This document shows positions 33,287 to 46,401 of a DNA stretch of 64,000 nucleotides, in pieces. Below the pieces are notes generated by a model. The model did no database searches, had not been told where the DNA came from, and saw only the letters and a list, made by a program, of their open reading frames with translations. A program made the translations under genes and the position numbers. Source of the stretch: Pelagomonas calceolata (Eukaryota); NCBI GenBank assembly GCA_918797485.1, contig CAKKNE010000001.1:2108001-2172000 (forward strand). The letters are read 5' to 3'. The stretch's first letter is position 1; each line of letters starts with the position of its first letter.

Positions 33287-35519
33287 ATGCGCCGCGCCAC
33301 CTCCGCCAAGCGCGCCACGCAGCGTTTAAGACGCACGGTCAAGAAGCCCCTGGACATGAAGACCCAGGACAAATTGCGGAAGGCCCTGCGGGCCAAGTGC
33401 GGCTCGCGGCCGGACGAGCGTTTTTTTCGGAAATACGACCGCGACCGGTCCGGCGAATTGTCGGTCCAAGAAGTCGAGGAGATGTTCCGCACGGGCCTCA
33501 AGATTACGAAGCGCGAGGCCTCGCCGGCGGACGTACGAGCGTTAGTGGCCGCGATGGACGCGGACGGCAGCGGGACGTTATCTCTCGCGGAGCTAGCTGC
33601 CTTTGTGGGCAACCGGCCCGTCTCCCCAGGAAAGAGCAAGATGAAGCGGCGGATGATCAAGAAGACGACGGCCTTCTTTCCAGCAGCGTCCGGGGAGCCG
33701 CTCGCGCCGCCGTATCGCGCGCCGCCGGCGTCTATTCAACGCGGTCGCGTCGATGGCGTCACGTGGACGCTGGACTCACACAGGCCGCCCGCACACGCAC
33801 TTCGACGCCGAGGCCCTGAAGCGCTTCCGCGACGGCGTCCAAAAGTCGTTGGCGACCATCCGGACCGACACGCGGACCGCGCTCGAGAACAGCAACTCCC
33901 AGAAGAGCGAGAACCTCTCGCCGCGGTCCATGCTCAAATTTTTAAGGGAGGATCTGGACGTCCCCAGAACTGTAGTGAGGGACGGCGACGCTCTAGAATT
34001 ACTCAAGCTCGCTGATGTGGACGACTACGGCACGCTGGCCTTGGACGACCTCGCCGCGTTTTTAGAGAGGGGCCCTAGAGCGTTCTACAACGCCCAAGCA
34101 TTACCGGGTAAGTCGATACAGCTACCGAAGCCGCCGGGCTCCGATTCGCAGCGATTTGGTAGAGTAGTTGGTGCGCTGGAAGCGCGATTGGAGAATGGCG
34201 ACACTCGTTCAAGGTTCGCCGCCGTCGACCATGATGGCGACGGCAAGGTCAAGGTCGAGGCGTTTCGGGAGGCCGTGCGCGGCTCGGCTCTGCATTTGAC
34301 CGAAGAAGATCTAGATGAGGAGGACTTGGATGCGCTCGTGCAGATGATCGACAAGAATCCTGGAGGTAGAAAAGTGTATGAAGTTGATGTCCGGAAGCTC
34401 GCTCTTCTGTCAAAAAGAGGCGGCGACGCGATCTCCGATCTGTACGACGCGGAAAAACAATTTCTGAGGAAGACGGCAAATGAACGCAAAAAGGCCATAC
34501 AACGACGGACGGCGGAAGATAGATATACGACATGGGACGCGGCCCAACCCAAACCCGATCCGAGACAGAAAATACCTCCGCTCGGCCAGCGGCTCATCCC
34601 GTGCAATCTGTTCGCGTGGTTGGACGACCCCGTCGGCTATGTCGCGCCGCTGGACGCCCCCAAGTTGTCAAGTAAGGATGATTCGACCGGGCCTTCTGAT
34701 TTGGAAGCGTTAATCAAGCTCAGAAACGCCCTGCAGCTCCACGAGGCGCTGGGCCAATCGCTAGCTGCGGGCTCCGTATTGCTAAAGATGGGCCGGCGGC
34801 TCCGGGACCGTTCTCTCGCAAGATATTTCCCGCGCGGCGCGCATCGCGCCAAGGAGCTGCGATGTGCTGGAGAAGCATTAGACGCCGCCTCATCACTCTT
34901 CAGGACGTACTTCGACGACGCGACGCACCACCTGTCTCTCACAGCTTTGTATGAAGCGGCCGACTCGTTTTTGGAAGCGGAGGATGAGCTCGTGAACTCG
35001 CTTTCACAAGTGCGGGGCCCCGTGCCCGACGACCTCGAGGACGACGCGGCGTCCGAGCGGTCCCTATTGCTACGCTTCGCCGAACGGTCGTTGGCGGAGT
35101 TCAAGGAGGCCCACTCGCTCCTGGATGTGACTGGACTCACACCGAAAGAAATTGCTAGGTACGCGAACGGCCTCGCGCTCGTCGCGGTCGTGCAGTCGCG
35201 GCAACCTTTGCATGAAGGGGCGCAGAAGGTCCAGCGGTCCTTTGGGGATGCGGAACGGTTGCATGCGGCGCTCCAAGGGGACGTGGCGGCGCTGTGCAAG
35301 GCCGAGTGGCAGAAGCGGCGCGCGTTCGAGCGGTCGCGCGCGGGCTATCCGGCCGAGGCTTTGGAAGCGATGCGGGCGCGCGAGGAGTTGTTGGAGAGCG
35401 CCCTTGGCGTTGACCACGTCGAGACGGCCGGGGCGCGGCGGCTGCGCGTGCTCTGGTCTCGGGGCTTGGGCGGCGGCGCGGGGATTGGGGGGAACGCGCC
35501 GGAGGTGCCTAAGATGTGA
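33287..35519 (+). CDS. Multi EF-hand protein with TPR-like C-terminus; intron ~33740-33783
   Basis: DRDRSGELSVQE, DADGSGTLSLAE, DVDDYGTLALDD, DHDGDGKVKVEA loops. Confidence 0.8.
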
Positions 35520-35546
35520 TACTGTGATTACATTACAACAGACAAC

Positions 35547-36755
35547 CTACGACGACGAATGAGAACGCGAGTCGAGCGCCTCCACGTGCGCCACCGCCGC
35601 GGCCACGAGCCCACTCCTCTCGAAGCCCCCGGCGCCGTCGGGCACGCCGTAGCCGCCCTCGAGAATCGACACCACGGACGCGTCCTCGTGAATCGCGCCC
35701 AGGAGCGCGCGCGTCATGGTCCCGTAGTCTTCGGGCCGCAGACCGACGCCGTCGAGGACCTCGGGCGACACGTGCGGAGGCAGATCTGGATCGTCGGGCG
35801 TCCACGGGTTGAGCTGCCCCGCGTCGCCTTCGAGGGCGTCGAAGCCGGCGGAGATGACGAGGAGGCTCGGCCGGAACGCCGCGAGCTTCCGGGAGATCTT
35901 GTCGACTGCGGATACGAAGCGCTCGCGAGCACCAGGCTCGATCCACGCAGGAGTCACCGATACGTTGCAAACGGATGGATTTCGTCCCGGGCCCATGTAT
36001 CCCGCCGCCCCCGTCCCCGGGAAGAAATCCAATGAGCTGTCCTCGTAGACCTCGCGCAGGTGCGCCGACGCATACAGGAGCCGTTCCGAGCCCGCCCGCA
36101 TCGCAAAGTCCTCCGTCCCATTGCCATGATGAACGTCAAAGTCCACGATAGCGACGCGCGTCTTCTCCGACGTTAAAGCCTCCGCCGCGGCGACCGCAGC
36201 GTTGCCGAGCACGCAAAACCCGCAGCCGCCCGCACTTACATCGTAGCCCTCGCGCATCGCGTGGTGCCCCGGCGGTCGCACGAGCACAAAGGCGCGCGAG
36301 CCGGGCGTGGCATCGCGGACTGCTGCGAGCGCCGCGCCGGCCGCGCGCGTCGCCGCGGTCCACGTGCCCGGGCCGACCGGCGTCGCGCCAGCGGCCGCGT
36401 CGACGCCGCTCTCGCCAAGGACGCGCGTCCGCAGCATCGGCGACAGGCGGCCGCGAGTCTCGATGCTCGAGACCGCGTCGAGGTAGCGGGCCGAATGAAC
36501 GCGCAGCAGAGCTTCGCGGCTCGCGGGCGCGAAGTCGCGGCGCCTGGCGTAGGTCTGGAGCGCTGCCGCGATGGCCGCGAGGCGCGCCGGCGACTCCTGG
36601 TGCTCCGCGTCGCCGTCGCCCGTTGTCACGTGCCGCGCGCAGTCGTCGTGGCAATAGATCACGGGGCTGCTCTCGCGTCGCTGGCGTTTTGGCGGCGGCG
36701 GCTGGACGTTCGTCCCTTGACCATCAGTACTGCGCTTTGACGCATGCCGCTCCAT
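35547..36755 (-). CDS. Histone deacetylase family (class II-like) amidohydrolase
   Basis: HQESPARL, RPPGHHA, GFC, DFDVHHGNGT, SAGFDA, LEGGY. Confidence 0.92.
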   Translation of the reverse strand: MERHASKRSTDGQGTNVQPPPPKRQRRESSPVIYCHDDCARHVTTGDGDAEHQESPARLAAIAAALQTYARRRDFAPASREALLRVHSARYLDAVSSIETRGRLSPMLRTRVLGESGVDAAAGATPVGPGTWTAATRAAGAALAAVRDATPGSRAFVLVRPPGHHAMREGYDVSAGGCGFCVLGNAAVAAAEALTSEKTRVAIVDFDVHHGNGTEDFAMRAGSERLLYASAHLREVYEDSSLDFFPGTGAAGYMGPGRNPSVCNVSVTPAWIEPGARERFVSAVDKISRKLAAFRPSLLVISAGFDALEGDAGQLNPWTPDDPDLPPHVSPEVLDGVGLRPEDYGTMTRALLGAIHEDASVVSILEGGYGVPDGAGGFERSGLVAAAVAHVEALDSRSHSSS

Positions 36756-37220
36756 CGCGCTGCAGCTCAGCAGCACAGTGCAATCGTTTCAGGTGTCTAG
36801 TGTCCGCCAAGGATCAATACGAATGGAAAAAGCACGTCGCACGACGTCGCACAGTACGTAAATAAGCACGAAAGTGTGAGGCCTCGTGTGGTGCTGTCTG
36901 CTCTTGCCATGGCCTCCTTTGGCTGAGACAGTGGTAACACTCTAGAGCTGGAAGCAAATTCCAGCACCACTCGCCACCCGGTTATCGAAGACGCAATGGT
37001 CCCCGCAGACGCATGAATGGCCACGTAGCGTGCGGGTTGGCCGATTTCTGCTCAAGCATCGATCGCTTTGCAAGGCTGCCCCACGCACGCGCGGCCCACT
37101 CGCGGCAGCGGACGCTGCACAGCGCGGAGCTCCCTTCCCGCGCTCGCACGCCGACGCGTCAGCGACGACGCGACGCCAGCACCCTATAGGCTGCCATCCT
37201 AAGAAATGGCAGAGGCCGAG

Positions 37221-40200
37221 ATGAAGACGCGCGCCGCCGCCGACGAGCCGCGGCGGCCGACGCTGACGCTCGACGACGAGTCGAAACCAAAGTTAACCAT
37301 TGGCGACGACGACGACACCGACGCCCTCGTGCCCGCGGCGACGCCGAGATTGGTGTCCGCCTATGCCGCCGAATTAGCGTTCGAGAGCTCCAAGCTCTCG
37401 TGGAGGACGCGCATCGCGGACTACTTGAGAATAAACCCCTTCGCGTACAGCGCCTTCAACACGATCTGCACGGTCCTCGCCATCTGGTTGTACCTGGAGA
37501 GCACGGCGTTTGGCTATGAGGAATCGTTGTGGGAGAACCGCTTAGATATGTTCCTGTCGTTGTGGTTCTTTCTCGTGTACTGTTTTGAAGTTTGGTTAGC
37601 CCATGATCGGTTGTATCATTGCGTGAAATACGAGACGGTCTGTGACCTCCTCAGTGTGTTGCCGGGCGTGCAGCATCTGGGACTGAAATACTCGGAAAGG
37701 GTTCTGTTCTTCCGAGCGTTTCGGTGCTTGAGGAGTCTGAGAATGATTAGGGTCGTGGGCTTCTGGACGCCGGGCTTGACGCGACGGTTCATCGAGGCAT
37801 TTATGTCCTTGGTATGTGGTGTTTTTATAATAACAGCATTAGTCTACCACGTGGAGAAGATCCGGACGGACCAGTTTTCGGTTGGGCGGATGTCCTTCTT
37901 CCGATCCTTTTATTTCACAGTTGTTACGTTAACGACCATTGGATATGGGGATCTATATCCAGCAAGGTTCGAATCTAGGTTGATCGTGGCCGTTTGTGTC
38001 CCGATGATCGTTGTTTTAGTACCGGTCAAGCTCGCTAGATTGCATGAAATGACGACAGAAAGGAAGGTCTACGCGAGGGTCGCTAGATTGGTCGCCCCGA
38101 CGACCGACTGGTTCCACGTCGTCGTGTGCGGCAATTTTGGCGGCTTAGCCGGCACCGAAGGCTACGGCCTCGCCGGCCAACTACCTGTGGCGTTGGAACA
38201 CGTCTATGATAGGAGACGGATCAGCCAGCAGAACACGTTCTTGAGGCTAGTTTTGTTGCAACCACACGATCCCAGTATACAGGTCAAAAATAGATTATTG
38301 GAGCACCCCTTCTACGAGACGCGATTACGGTGGGTCACGGGCACGGCCTTCGACGAAAAGTCGCTCGTGAAGCACGCCAAGGGGCACAAAGCGCGGAGCT
38401 TCGTGGTTTTGGGCGATGACGCGGTGCCGCACTCGCGCAAGCAGCACGAGGACAACACGACGGTCCAACGAGTTTTAGCTATTCGCCGACGGTTACCGGA
38501 TGTCCGGGTAGTGGCCCAGCTACTGTTAGAGCGAAATGCCCACCGATTGGCGAGGGAAGACGTTCGAGTAGTGTGCTGCGACGCGTTCAAATACGCCATG
38601 CTCGGGCGGAGCGTCGAGGTGCCCGGCCTGGCGCTGTTACTCACTACGCTGTTAGCCGAAGCGCCGGGCGCGGAGTACGCCCAGAATTCGCATATCGGGA
38701 ACACGCCGGAACTCTTACAGCCGGAGAACGAGATGCTCAAGAACCACAAGGTCCGTGACTCAGCGTAGAAAATCAACTTTGGTCGCGGTGATGGCGTCTT
38801 CATGAGACCACACCGAACGTACGCGCGCAGGCCTTCTCCTCGAAGAACGCGCTCGTGGACAACCAGCAGGCCGCCGAGAACCTGTTTGCGGAGCTCAAGG
38901 TCGGTAGAAGCGCGCAGCTCGCTTCGTCGGCCTTGCCGCACGGCGCGGCCGGTTTAACGTTCTCGGCGTTCGTGAAGCTCGCGGTGCAGGAGCACGACGT
39001 GCTGCCCGTTGCCGTGTGTTCCCATTCGTCCGTGTGTACGTTCCCCGGCGAGTATGTGTTGCGGGAGGACGACCGGTTGCTCGTGTTAGCTAGGCAGCCG
39101 TCTGACGTCGCGGCCTTCGAGCGCTGGGTCGCTAGGAACGCTTGGGAAGAGTTAAATGAGAACAGCGTCGCCGAGGTATTGCCGGTGCACGAACTCGTTA
39201 GATCAACATCAGCAGCGCGGCACTTGAGTGACGAGTTACGAGACAAAGTAGCGAGGCTGAATGGCAAGGAACGGAGGGAGTACTTCGAACAATGGCGAGC
39301 TAAACATGTCGTGGACGAAGTGCCCGCCGATGTCAAGGACCATGTGGTCTTCTGCGGGACATTACAGGGCGCTCCTTATTTCTTGAAACCTCTAGCTTCG
39401 GACGCCGACGCCGACGGCCGGATCCCGCAAGTTTGTTTGTTGACGCATGATCCCTCGGAGTGGGCCGACGAACACAAACTCGAACACGCTTTGCGGTCGT
39501 GCATCTTCTACGAGCCCCTTGCCGACGAAGACGCGCAGCGCTTGTGGATCGTTAGGGGTGATCCCCGGACCGCGCCCGGTAGAGCAGATTCAGGATGGCC
39601 CTCGGCGCTCGAAAGATGTCGCGTGGACACCGCCTCTACGTTTGTCATGCCCAACGTGAATGGCACGGTCGCGGAAGAAAACCTAGGTGGCGACGGCTAC
39701 AACGTCCAGGTCACCAGAAACGTCCAGGCCCACTGCGCTTTATATGGCCATTCACCAAAACTACTCGTGCAGCTACTGGACCCGGGCCACGTCATCTTCT
39801 TCAATCCGTGTGAAGAGTTACTGGATGCCGGGGAGATCTACGTTGATACGTACTTGCAATGCGCGGCCGTGGCGATGCACTCGTCGGAGGCGGCGTTTGC
39901 GTTTGCGAACCAGTGCCTGGCCGTGGATCGGTTACCGATAGATGCGGCCGACCCGGTGCTGGGCGACGGGCAAAGGTACGAGACGTGTCGAGTGATTCTA
40001 GTGCGCGTCCCGCCCAAATTCGTGGGAAAGCCCTACTCTACACTAGTACAACACGCCGTGGACCGCAAGCTGCTGCCCGTGGCGCTGTCGCGCTTTCCCG
40101 AGTCGCGGAGGAAACCCTATGTGTTCGCGCACCCGCGCGGCCACGACGTCGTCGGCGCGCGGGACTGCGCCTTCGTTCTGGTGAATAGGCTGTCGGACCT

Positions 40201-40222
40201 GACGGAGTACCGGGCGGTCTAG
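37221..40222 (+). CDS. BK/Slo-like Ca-activated K+ channel; intron ~38751-38831
   Basis: S4 RAFRCLRSLR, pore TLTTIGYGD, RCK starts HVVVCG and HVVFCG. Confidence 0.88.
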
Positions 40223-40385
40223 CTGCTCTCTTCCTAACTTTAGAATTCATACGGCTTCCCTTTTTCAATAGTCGGCGCCCGCGTCGAATGCGTCGCGGCG
40301 ACGGCGTCGGGGTCGGGCACGGCCCCTACGCCATCGACGCGAGGGAGAATAGAAAGATCACATGCTGTATTCAAGGGGGCCCCGC

Positions 40386-41475
40386 CTATCGCGCGACGGC
40401 GCCCTCGACCGGCGCCGCCGACGCCTCCATGGCCGCGGCGGGCGCCGACGCGATGGGCACGGCCGCCGCCGGCGTCTGCACCGGCTTGAGCACGGACAGG
40501 CGCACGGCGAGCTTCTTCTCGGGCTGCGAGATCTTCTCCACCTCGGCATTGCAGCCGAAGAAGGCGTCGAGGGTACCTTTCCGATCTAACGCGGCCCAGA
40601 GCTTGTAGGGGCATTCCGGCGAGTAGAAGACGAGGGACAGCGTCACCTCGTCCGTGTCGTCCGCGCCGCCGCCCGACAGCTCCGCCTCGATTAATGTCGG
40701 AGGATCTGGGCCGAGGCCGGCTAATCCTAATTCCTTCAACGCCGGCTCCAAATGGACGCCCTCGAAATATCTATGGGCGGTCACGTCCTCCAACAGCAGT
40801 TTCATGGCTTCTGAGGCGTGCTTGTCGAACTGGGCCTTGAGGCGATCTTCGTTTCCTACCTGTGTGGAAATCAAAATTTTACGGCGCGTTCGTGCTGAAT
40901 CATCGCGTCGTCCTCCACGCCATCGACGCGATGTCTGCTCGATGGCGTGGCGATGCCGGTTCCTCACCGCTTGACCGAGCCAGGACGGCCACGTCATCGC
41001 CGAGAAATGACTTAGTGAAGAATTGTCGGGTGCACCCGACGCACTGGTTGATTTCCACACAGTTTCCAACGTAGGTCACGGGCACGGGCTTGAGTTCATT
41101 TACAGCAAACGCCGCGGCACCTAGAACCGCGGGCGTCGCGAACAGCGCGGCGACGGGCTCCTGCGCCGCGATCGCCGCGACGGCGATCGCGGCGCCCACG
41201 CCGCCGAACACGGGCGGCAGCGCGAGCTTCTGGCCCTCCTCGCCCCGTCGCTCCTCGTAGGTGTACTTGAGCTTCACCGGCTCCTTCGCCACTGGTTCCT
41301 CGACCACTTCCCTTTGGACGACCTCGCCAGTTTCCCAGTCGATCTCCTCGCGGTAGATCTTGAGGTCGGCGACCTGGCTTCTCACTTTATGATGCTGCAG
41401 TTCAGTGGTGCGCGGCGCGGCGGCCGGCCCGACGAAGGCCGCGGCCGTGGCGCAGAGGGCGAATGCGAGGATCAT
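40386..41475 (-). CDS. Plastid-targeted membrane-anchored protein; introner intron 40860-41070
   Basis: MILAFALCATAAA-FVG leader; ...PVTY|VGNEDRLKAQ joins in frame. Confidence 0.75.
40860..41062. mobile_element. Introner element, 203 bp, same family as 31651-31851
   Basis: Perfect TIR CTGTGTGGAAATCAA; TSD TTTCCTAC / TTTCCAAC; interior highly similar to the 31651 copy. Confidence 0.92.
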
Positions 41476-42416
41476 GGCCTGCGGGCGGCGCGCGTCGCGG
41501 GCGCGGTCTCTTTTCTTTGAATGCCGATGCCGCGTGCCGACTTCCGGGCGTTCTCGCAGGCCTTCAGCGGCCCTACGCACGGCCGCGACGGGCTCGCGGG
41601 TGGACTGATTCAGGCTCTCCCTTTGCGTGGTTTGACGGCTCAGCGCCTTTGCTAGCTTTGCGGTGCGAGCGGGCGCTTTTGAAGCGCAGCACGATGCTCG
41701 CGCGTGACTGTCGACGCGGCTGGGCACCGGCTAAAGGCTCTGACGTCACGAATGACGGGGACGAGCGTGCTACAAAGCCGATTTGATGGCAACCTCGATT
41801 AGGCCCCGTGCTCGGCCTGTGCGACCCGCGCCCGCTCCGCCTGTTGAAAGCCATGAGAGCCAACCTTGTTCCAGGCCTGGGGCCGCCGCCAAGACCGGAT
41901 GGAGCGAAGGCCTCAAAGAGGTCCCATTTGAGTGACAGGGCTACTTGCACGGATCGAGGAAGCAGGGGCAGGTTACGTCCAGAACGAAGGCTGGTTCTAG
42001 GCTTCTCCTGGAGCCGCAATTGGGTTGGTTTCGCATGGGCCCCTTACAAAGGCAGCACACGCCTCGAGGGCATATTAGCTGTGCGTCAAGCAGGCCGTCC
42101 ACCGCAGACCAAAAAGTCAGCCTCAGAGTCCCCACCCCACCGCGCCAGAGCAGCTGCGGCCCACCAGCACGCAGTCGCGTGCTCGCGAGACGCGCAAACG
42201 CGGTCGCACGGCTGCTGAAACACCAAAAACACGACGCCTGCGGCGCGCCAGCGCAGTCCGGCCCGCCCGCGAGCGGCCGCCGCGCCCCCGCACCGCTGCG
42301 GCGCTGGACGAACGCAGAGAAAGCAAGCACACAAAAAGCAGAGAGGCCAGCCGTCGCCGCGACGAGTGACGAAGACGGCCACCAGCTCATTTCAAAATTC
42401 GCCCGCACGCAGGTCG

Positions 42417-42713
42417 ATGAAGCTCTCCAGCGCGCTCCTGCTCCCCGCGGCGGCCGTCGCCTTCGTCGGCCAGGCCCCGGCCCAGAAGGCCAACGTGGCG
42501 CGCGGCGCCGTCCTCGAGCGGCCCGCCGCCGCGGCGTCGCCCGTGCTTGGGTTCCACGTCGACGGCCACGCCGTCGTCGTGAACAGCGCCGCGAAGCTCG
42601 ACGAGGAGCAGTGGCACGAGCACGACGGCGTCCTCCACAAGCACGCGGCCGCCGGGGACCACGCCCACGCGGGCAACTGGCACGAGCACGACGGCGTCTG
42701 GCACTCGCACTAA
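42417..42713 (+). CDS. Small His-rich plastid-targeted/secreted protein
   Basis: MKLSSALLLPAAAVA-FVG leader; two WHEHDGVxHxH repeats. Confidence 0.75.
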   Translation: MKLSSALLLPAAAVAFVGQAPAQKANVARGAVLERPAAAASPVLGFHVDGHAVVVNSAAKLDEEQWHEHDGVLHKHAAAGDHAHAGNWHEHDGVWHSH

Positions 42714-43124
42714 GCGGATCGGCCAGGCTGGCTGCTCCGCGTGCGCAGGCGTGCGGGCGCGGGGCGCGGGAAACTCCCCCCTTCCCTAGTCCCTCCCTCC
42801 CCCGTCTGGCGTAACCGGATTGTGTCGTACTATAGAATACCCGGCGTCGCGTCGATGGCGTACCCGCACGCCGTCGCCGCGATCGCTGCCGCGCCGATGG
42901 CGCACCCTCACGCCGTCGCCGCGACGCCGGACTCGGAGGCCCGCGAACGAACCTGCACCTCGTCGTCGAGCTTCGCATGGCCGTCGACTCGTCGGACGTA
43001 AAGCAACCACCAAGCACGGTCGCTCGCAACAGAAGCGTAGTGTAAGATATATAGTAGAGCTTAAGACAGAGGACGCGTGTGCGCACCGGCGGGCGCACCG
43101 GCCGCGTACAACCACCGGAAAGAC

Positions 43125-44017
43125 CTAGAACCAGTGGTTCGCCGAGCGGCCCTCCTCGTTGTTGTTCGGCGGCTTGCCGCCCTTCTTGCGCCAGTCGTCG
43201 TAGGCCTCCTTCGTGAAGTCGCCGAACTTGACCTTGGCGTAGACGTGGCCCGACTTGGCGACCTTGGCGTTGCCGACGTTGTTCTTGTAGAAGGTCTGCT
43301 TGGCTTGGAGCTTCTCGAGGTACTCCTTCACGCCGAGGACCTGCGCGCGACCACGTGATGACGGTGCTCGACAGGGTGCCAGTGGCGTAGAACTACTCCC
43401 ACGACGACGCCATCGCGGCGACGGCGTGCCACGTGACGGCGTTCGCTCGACGCCATCGCCGCGACGGCGTGCCGGTGGCGTGCTACGCCGTCTCGACGCG
43501 AAAAGAAGAACGAAACAAAACGCCGGGCCGGCACCTGGGGCGCGCCCTTCGGGTACTTGGCCTTGTTCTGGACCTTGGCCGCCTTCTCCTTCTGCTGGCG
43601 CGCGGCCCAGTCCGAGGCCGAGAGGCCGTCGGGCACGTACCTGGGCGTTTTTAAATACCGTGAGCGGGCGCGCGTTCGCGGCCAGCTCAACGGCGACGAG
43701 CGCCAGCCTTCGCGTGTCGAAACTCTCATTTATTCTGGGAGTATCTTGTGCAGCTGCGCGCGGCGCGGCCGCCGGCCGCGCGCGACAGCCAGCCAGAGAT
43801 GCTTTTTCAACAGCTATACATTGATCCCGCCGCGCCGCGCGGGGTCCGGCGGCACCGCGCCGCGCGTCGGGGGGGGGCTCCGGGGCGGTGAAGCTGCTCA
43901 ATTAGTGTGTCGGACGCTGCACGAGCACCCATTCACAGCCACGCTCGGCCTGGAGACGCTGCGCGGCGCGAAGGCCGTGGCGCTGCCGGCAAGGGCGAGG
44001 ACTAGGGCGGTCTTCAT
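43125..44017 (-). CDS. Small basic plastid-targeted protein (paralog of 52415-53094); 2 introns
   Basis: MKTALVLALAGSATA-FAP; YVPDGLS...KYPKG...VKEYLE...AKVKFGDFTKEAYDDW. Confidence 0.75.
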
Positions 44018-44337
44018 CTGCAAATCTACCCCCTGCTTTTTTGTTGAGCAAGGACCACGACGATATGAGCACAAGCCTCCATCTGCGAAGCATGCAAGCT
44101 CGTGGCCCCTTCCTGAACTATAGCGGGTCAAGCTAGTACCAATCCGAGGACACGTCCCGCCTTTTTCGGAGGTCCCCACCCGGCTTGTCAGAGCTGGGTG
44201 TCTCACCGCCTTGCCGGGCACGAGCTCCGCTGCTCGGCGCGCATACGCGCCAGCGGAAGAAGTACAGAAGCTGAACAGCGAGGAGCGAAGCGCCAGTCGA
44301 GCCCTTACTCCGCAGCGCACAAAAAAAGCTACAAAAA

Positions 44338-45432
44338 ATGCCGAGGCAGAGCCTCACAGCCCTCCTGCCGCTGGCCAGCGCCATTTTGCACACGCAGACG
44401 CCGCCCCAGAGCTTCCACGCCTTGCCGCGGGACCACCTCTACCGCGCCTTCGACGGGCTCATCGTGGATGCCTCCCCTAGAGGACCGCTGCACGACGGCG
44501 ACGCGTCGAACGAGAAGGCGATGTGGCTGCTCGACGCCTTCGAGGCGTCGGGCAAGCCCGTGGCGTTAGCGGTCGATGGCGTCTGCGACGAGGCCATCGA
44601 GCACCAGACTTTGACTAGAATTGGTGTGTGCGACCCGTACGAGCCGTTCGTTTCGTTGAGGGAACGACTCTGGCCTCGCACGAGAGAAGAAAGACGTAGG
44701 GCAGCCAGAGCCCGGGCGCCGGCCGTCGTCGGGCCCATGGCCGCGGCGGCGCTGGGCCGGGCCGTGGTCGACGATTACATGCGAAATGATGCCTCTTATG
44801 TGTCTGATGCCCTTAGGGAGCATTTGCACCGAGTTTTTGCGAGGGTCGGGAGGCGGTGCTGCGGCCTCGCAGCGGGCGCCGGCGACCATGCGGCGTTGTT
44901 AGATGTTTTAAGAGCAAGGCCCGTCGCGTTCCGGGAGGCGGCGCGCGACGAGCAGGGCGTGGAAGCTTCCTGCTTGATCGCGACGGGCGGGGACCTGGTC
45001 TGGGACACGCAGGGCGGCAACGACGGCTTCGTGTCGTTGTCGGAGTTCGAGCAGCTGCGCGGCGAGGATGCTGTGGATGCGTTCCTCGAGACTGAGTTAA
45101 GTGCTCTGGTGCGCCAGGGCGTGCCTTTATTAGCGTTCGACGGCGAGCACCGGCAACTGGAGAGGCGGGGCGTGGCCCACACGGCGGCCGTGTACCGGGC
45201 CCTCGGTGGAGACGCCGAGGAGGTCGGCTTCCTCGGCGACGACGCGTTGTTGTTGAGGTGCGCCGTCGACGAGCTGGTGCGGCGCGGCGCGCGCGCCGAG
45301 CGCATCCTGGTGCTGTCGGCGAAGGACCGGCCCTGCCGCGCGGCCGAGTCCTACGGCATGGCGACGGCGTTCCTCGGCGGCGGCGAGGGCGACTACGTCG
45401 GCCTCGACGAGGCCTGGGACCCGGCCCTGTAA
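44338..45432 (+). CDS. Hypothetical protein, possible degenerate HAD-like fold
   Basis: Intronless ORF; C-terminus resembles the HAD motif-IV region. Confidence 0.55.
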   Translation: MPRQSLTALLPLASAILHTQTPPQSFHALPRDHLYRAFDGLIVDASPRGPLHDGDASNEKAMWLLDAFEASGKPVALAVDGVCDEAIEHQTLTRIGVCDPYEPFVSLRERLWPRTREERRRAARARAPAVVGPMAAAALGRAVVDDYMRNDASYVSDALREHLHRVFARVGRRCCGLAAGAGDHAALLDVLRARPVAFREAARDEQGVEASCLIATGGDLVWDTQGGNDGFVSLSEFEQLRGEDAVDAFLETELSALVRQGVPLLAFDGEHRQLERRGVAHTAAVYRALGGDAEEVGFLGDDALLLRCAVDELVRRGARAERILVLSAKDRPCRAAESYGMATAFLGGGEGDYVGLDEAWDPAL

Positions 45433-45522
45433 AGATGATCCCCTGTTTGACTTTTCTTTGCTTAGAGCTAGGCGGGGCCGACGCCCCTACGCCGCCGCCC
45501 CGAGATGTTTTGTACTACCTAA

Positions 45523-46401
45523 TTACGCCTCCGTCTTCGGGGGAGGAGCTTTCTTTGCGGGCGGCGCCTTCTTTGCGGGCGGAGCCTTTTTGGCCGCAGG
45601 GGCCTTCTTGGCCGGCGGCGCCTTCTTGGCCGCGGGCGCCTTCTTCGCCGGCGCGTCGCCGTCGGCCTCCTTCTTCGCGACCTTCTTCACCTTCGGCGGC
45701 GGCGGGTTGAAGTACTTGTCCAGGTCCTTGGCGGCCATGTTCAATACCTCGAGCGCGCCCTTCTCGTCGAGGATCTTCTTGACCTGCTCCTCGCTGTAGC
45801 CCTCGAGCTTCGCGTCGAGGATGGACTGGCAGCCGCCCATGAAGGCCTCGTCGAGCTGTTTGGGGGAGATCGTGACCTTGGCGAAGGCCTCGCGCTCCCA
45901 GGGCATGACGCCGAACAGCTCGTCCTCAGGCTGCGGGCCCGTGCCGCCGATGCCGCCCTGCGGCAGGAACGTGGGGTAGGACGACGGGTCGTCGGTTCCG
46001 AACCTGCGTGGAGATCGATGGCGTAGGGGACATCGTGCCGCGTCGACGGCGGCCATCGAGCAGACGCGGTCACGAGGAAATTTGATTCGCGCTCCGAGCC
46101 GCACTGGTTCTGCAGCCGCGTGCAGCGGTCAAGCGTGGATCTCGGCGCGAAGGCCGCGGCCTGCGGTGGGTGTTGTCTCTCTTTGCAACTGTGCTCGGCG
46201 TCGCGGCGGCGGCGCGCGGCTCAGCCATTCTTCTATCACGCGTACGACGTTTCCAGTTGAAAGCGCAGTGCTGGCCGGCCGCCGCGTCGCGCGCGCATCT
46301 TCAAGCCGCAAAACCGGCGCTGTCTGCTCGAGTTGCGGCAGGCAAAAAGCACGGATGGGGACACTGCTGCCTGCAGACGCTACGAGAGACAAGCGCAGCA
46401 T
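45523..46401 (-). CDS. Probable plastid-targeted protein with H1-like (AKKAPA/P)n tail; about 2 introns
   Basis: MLRLSLVASA exon, AAAFAP exon, last exon with 18-bp tandem repeats. Confidence 0.55.
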
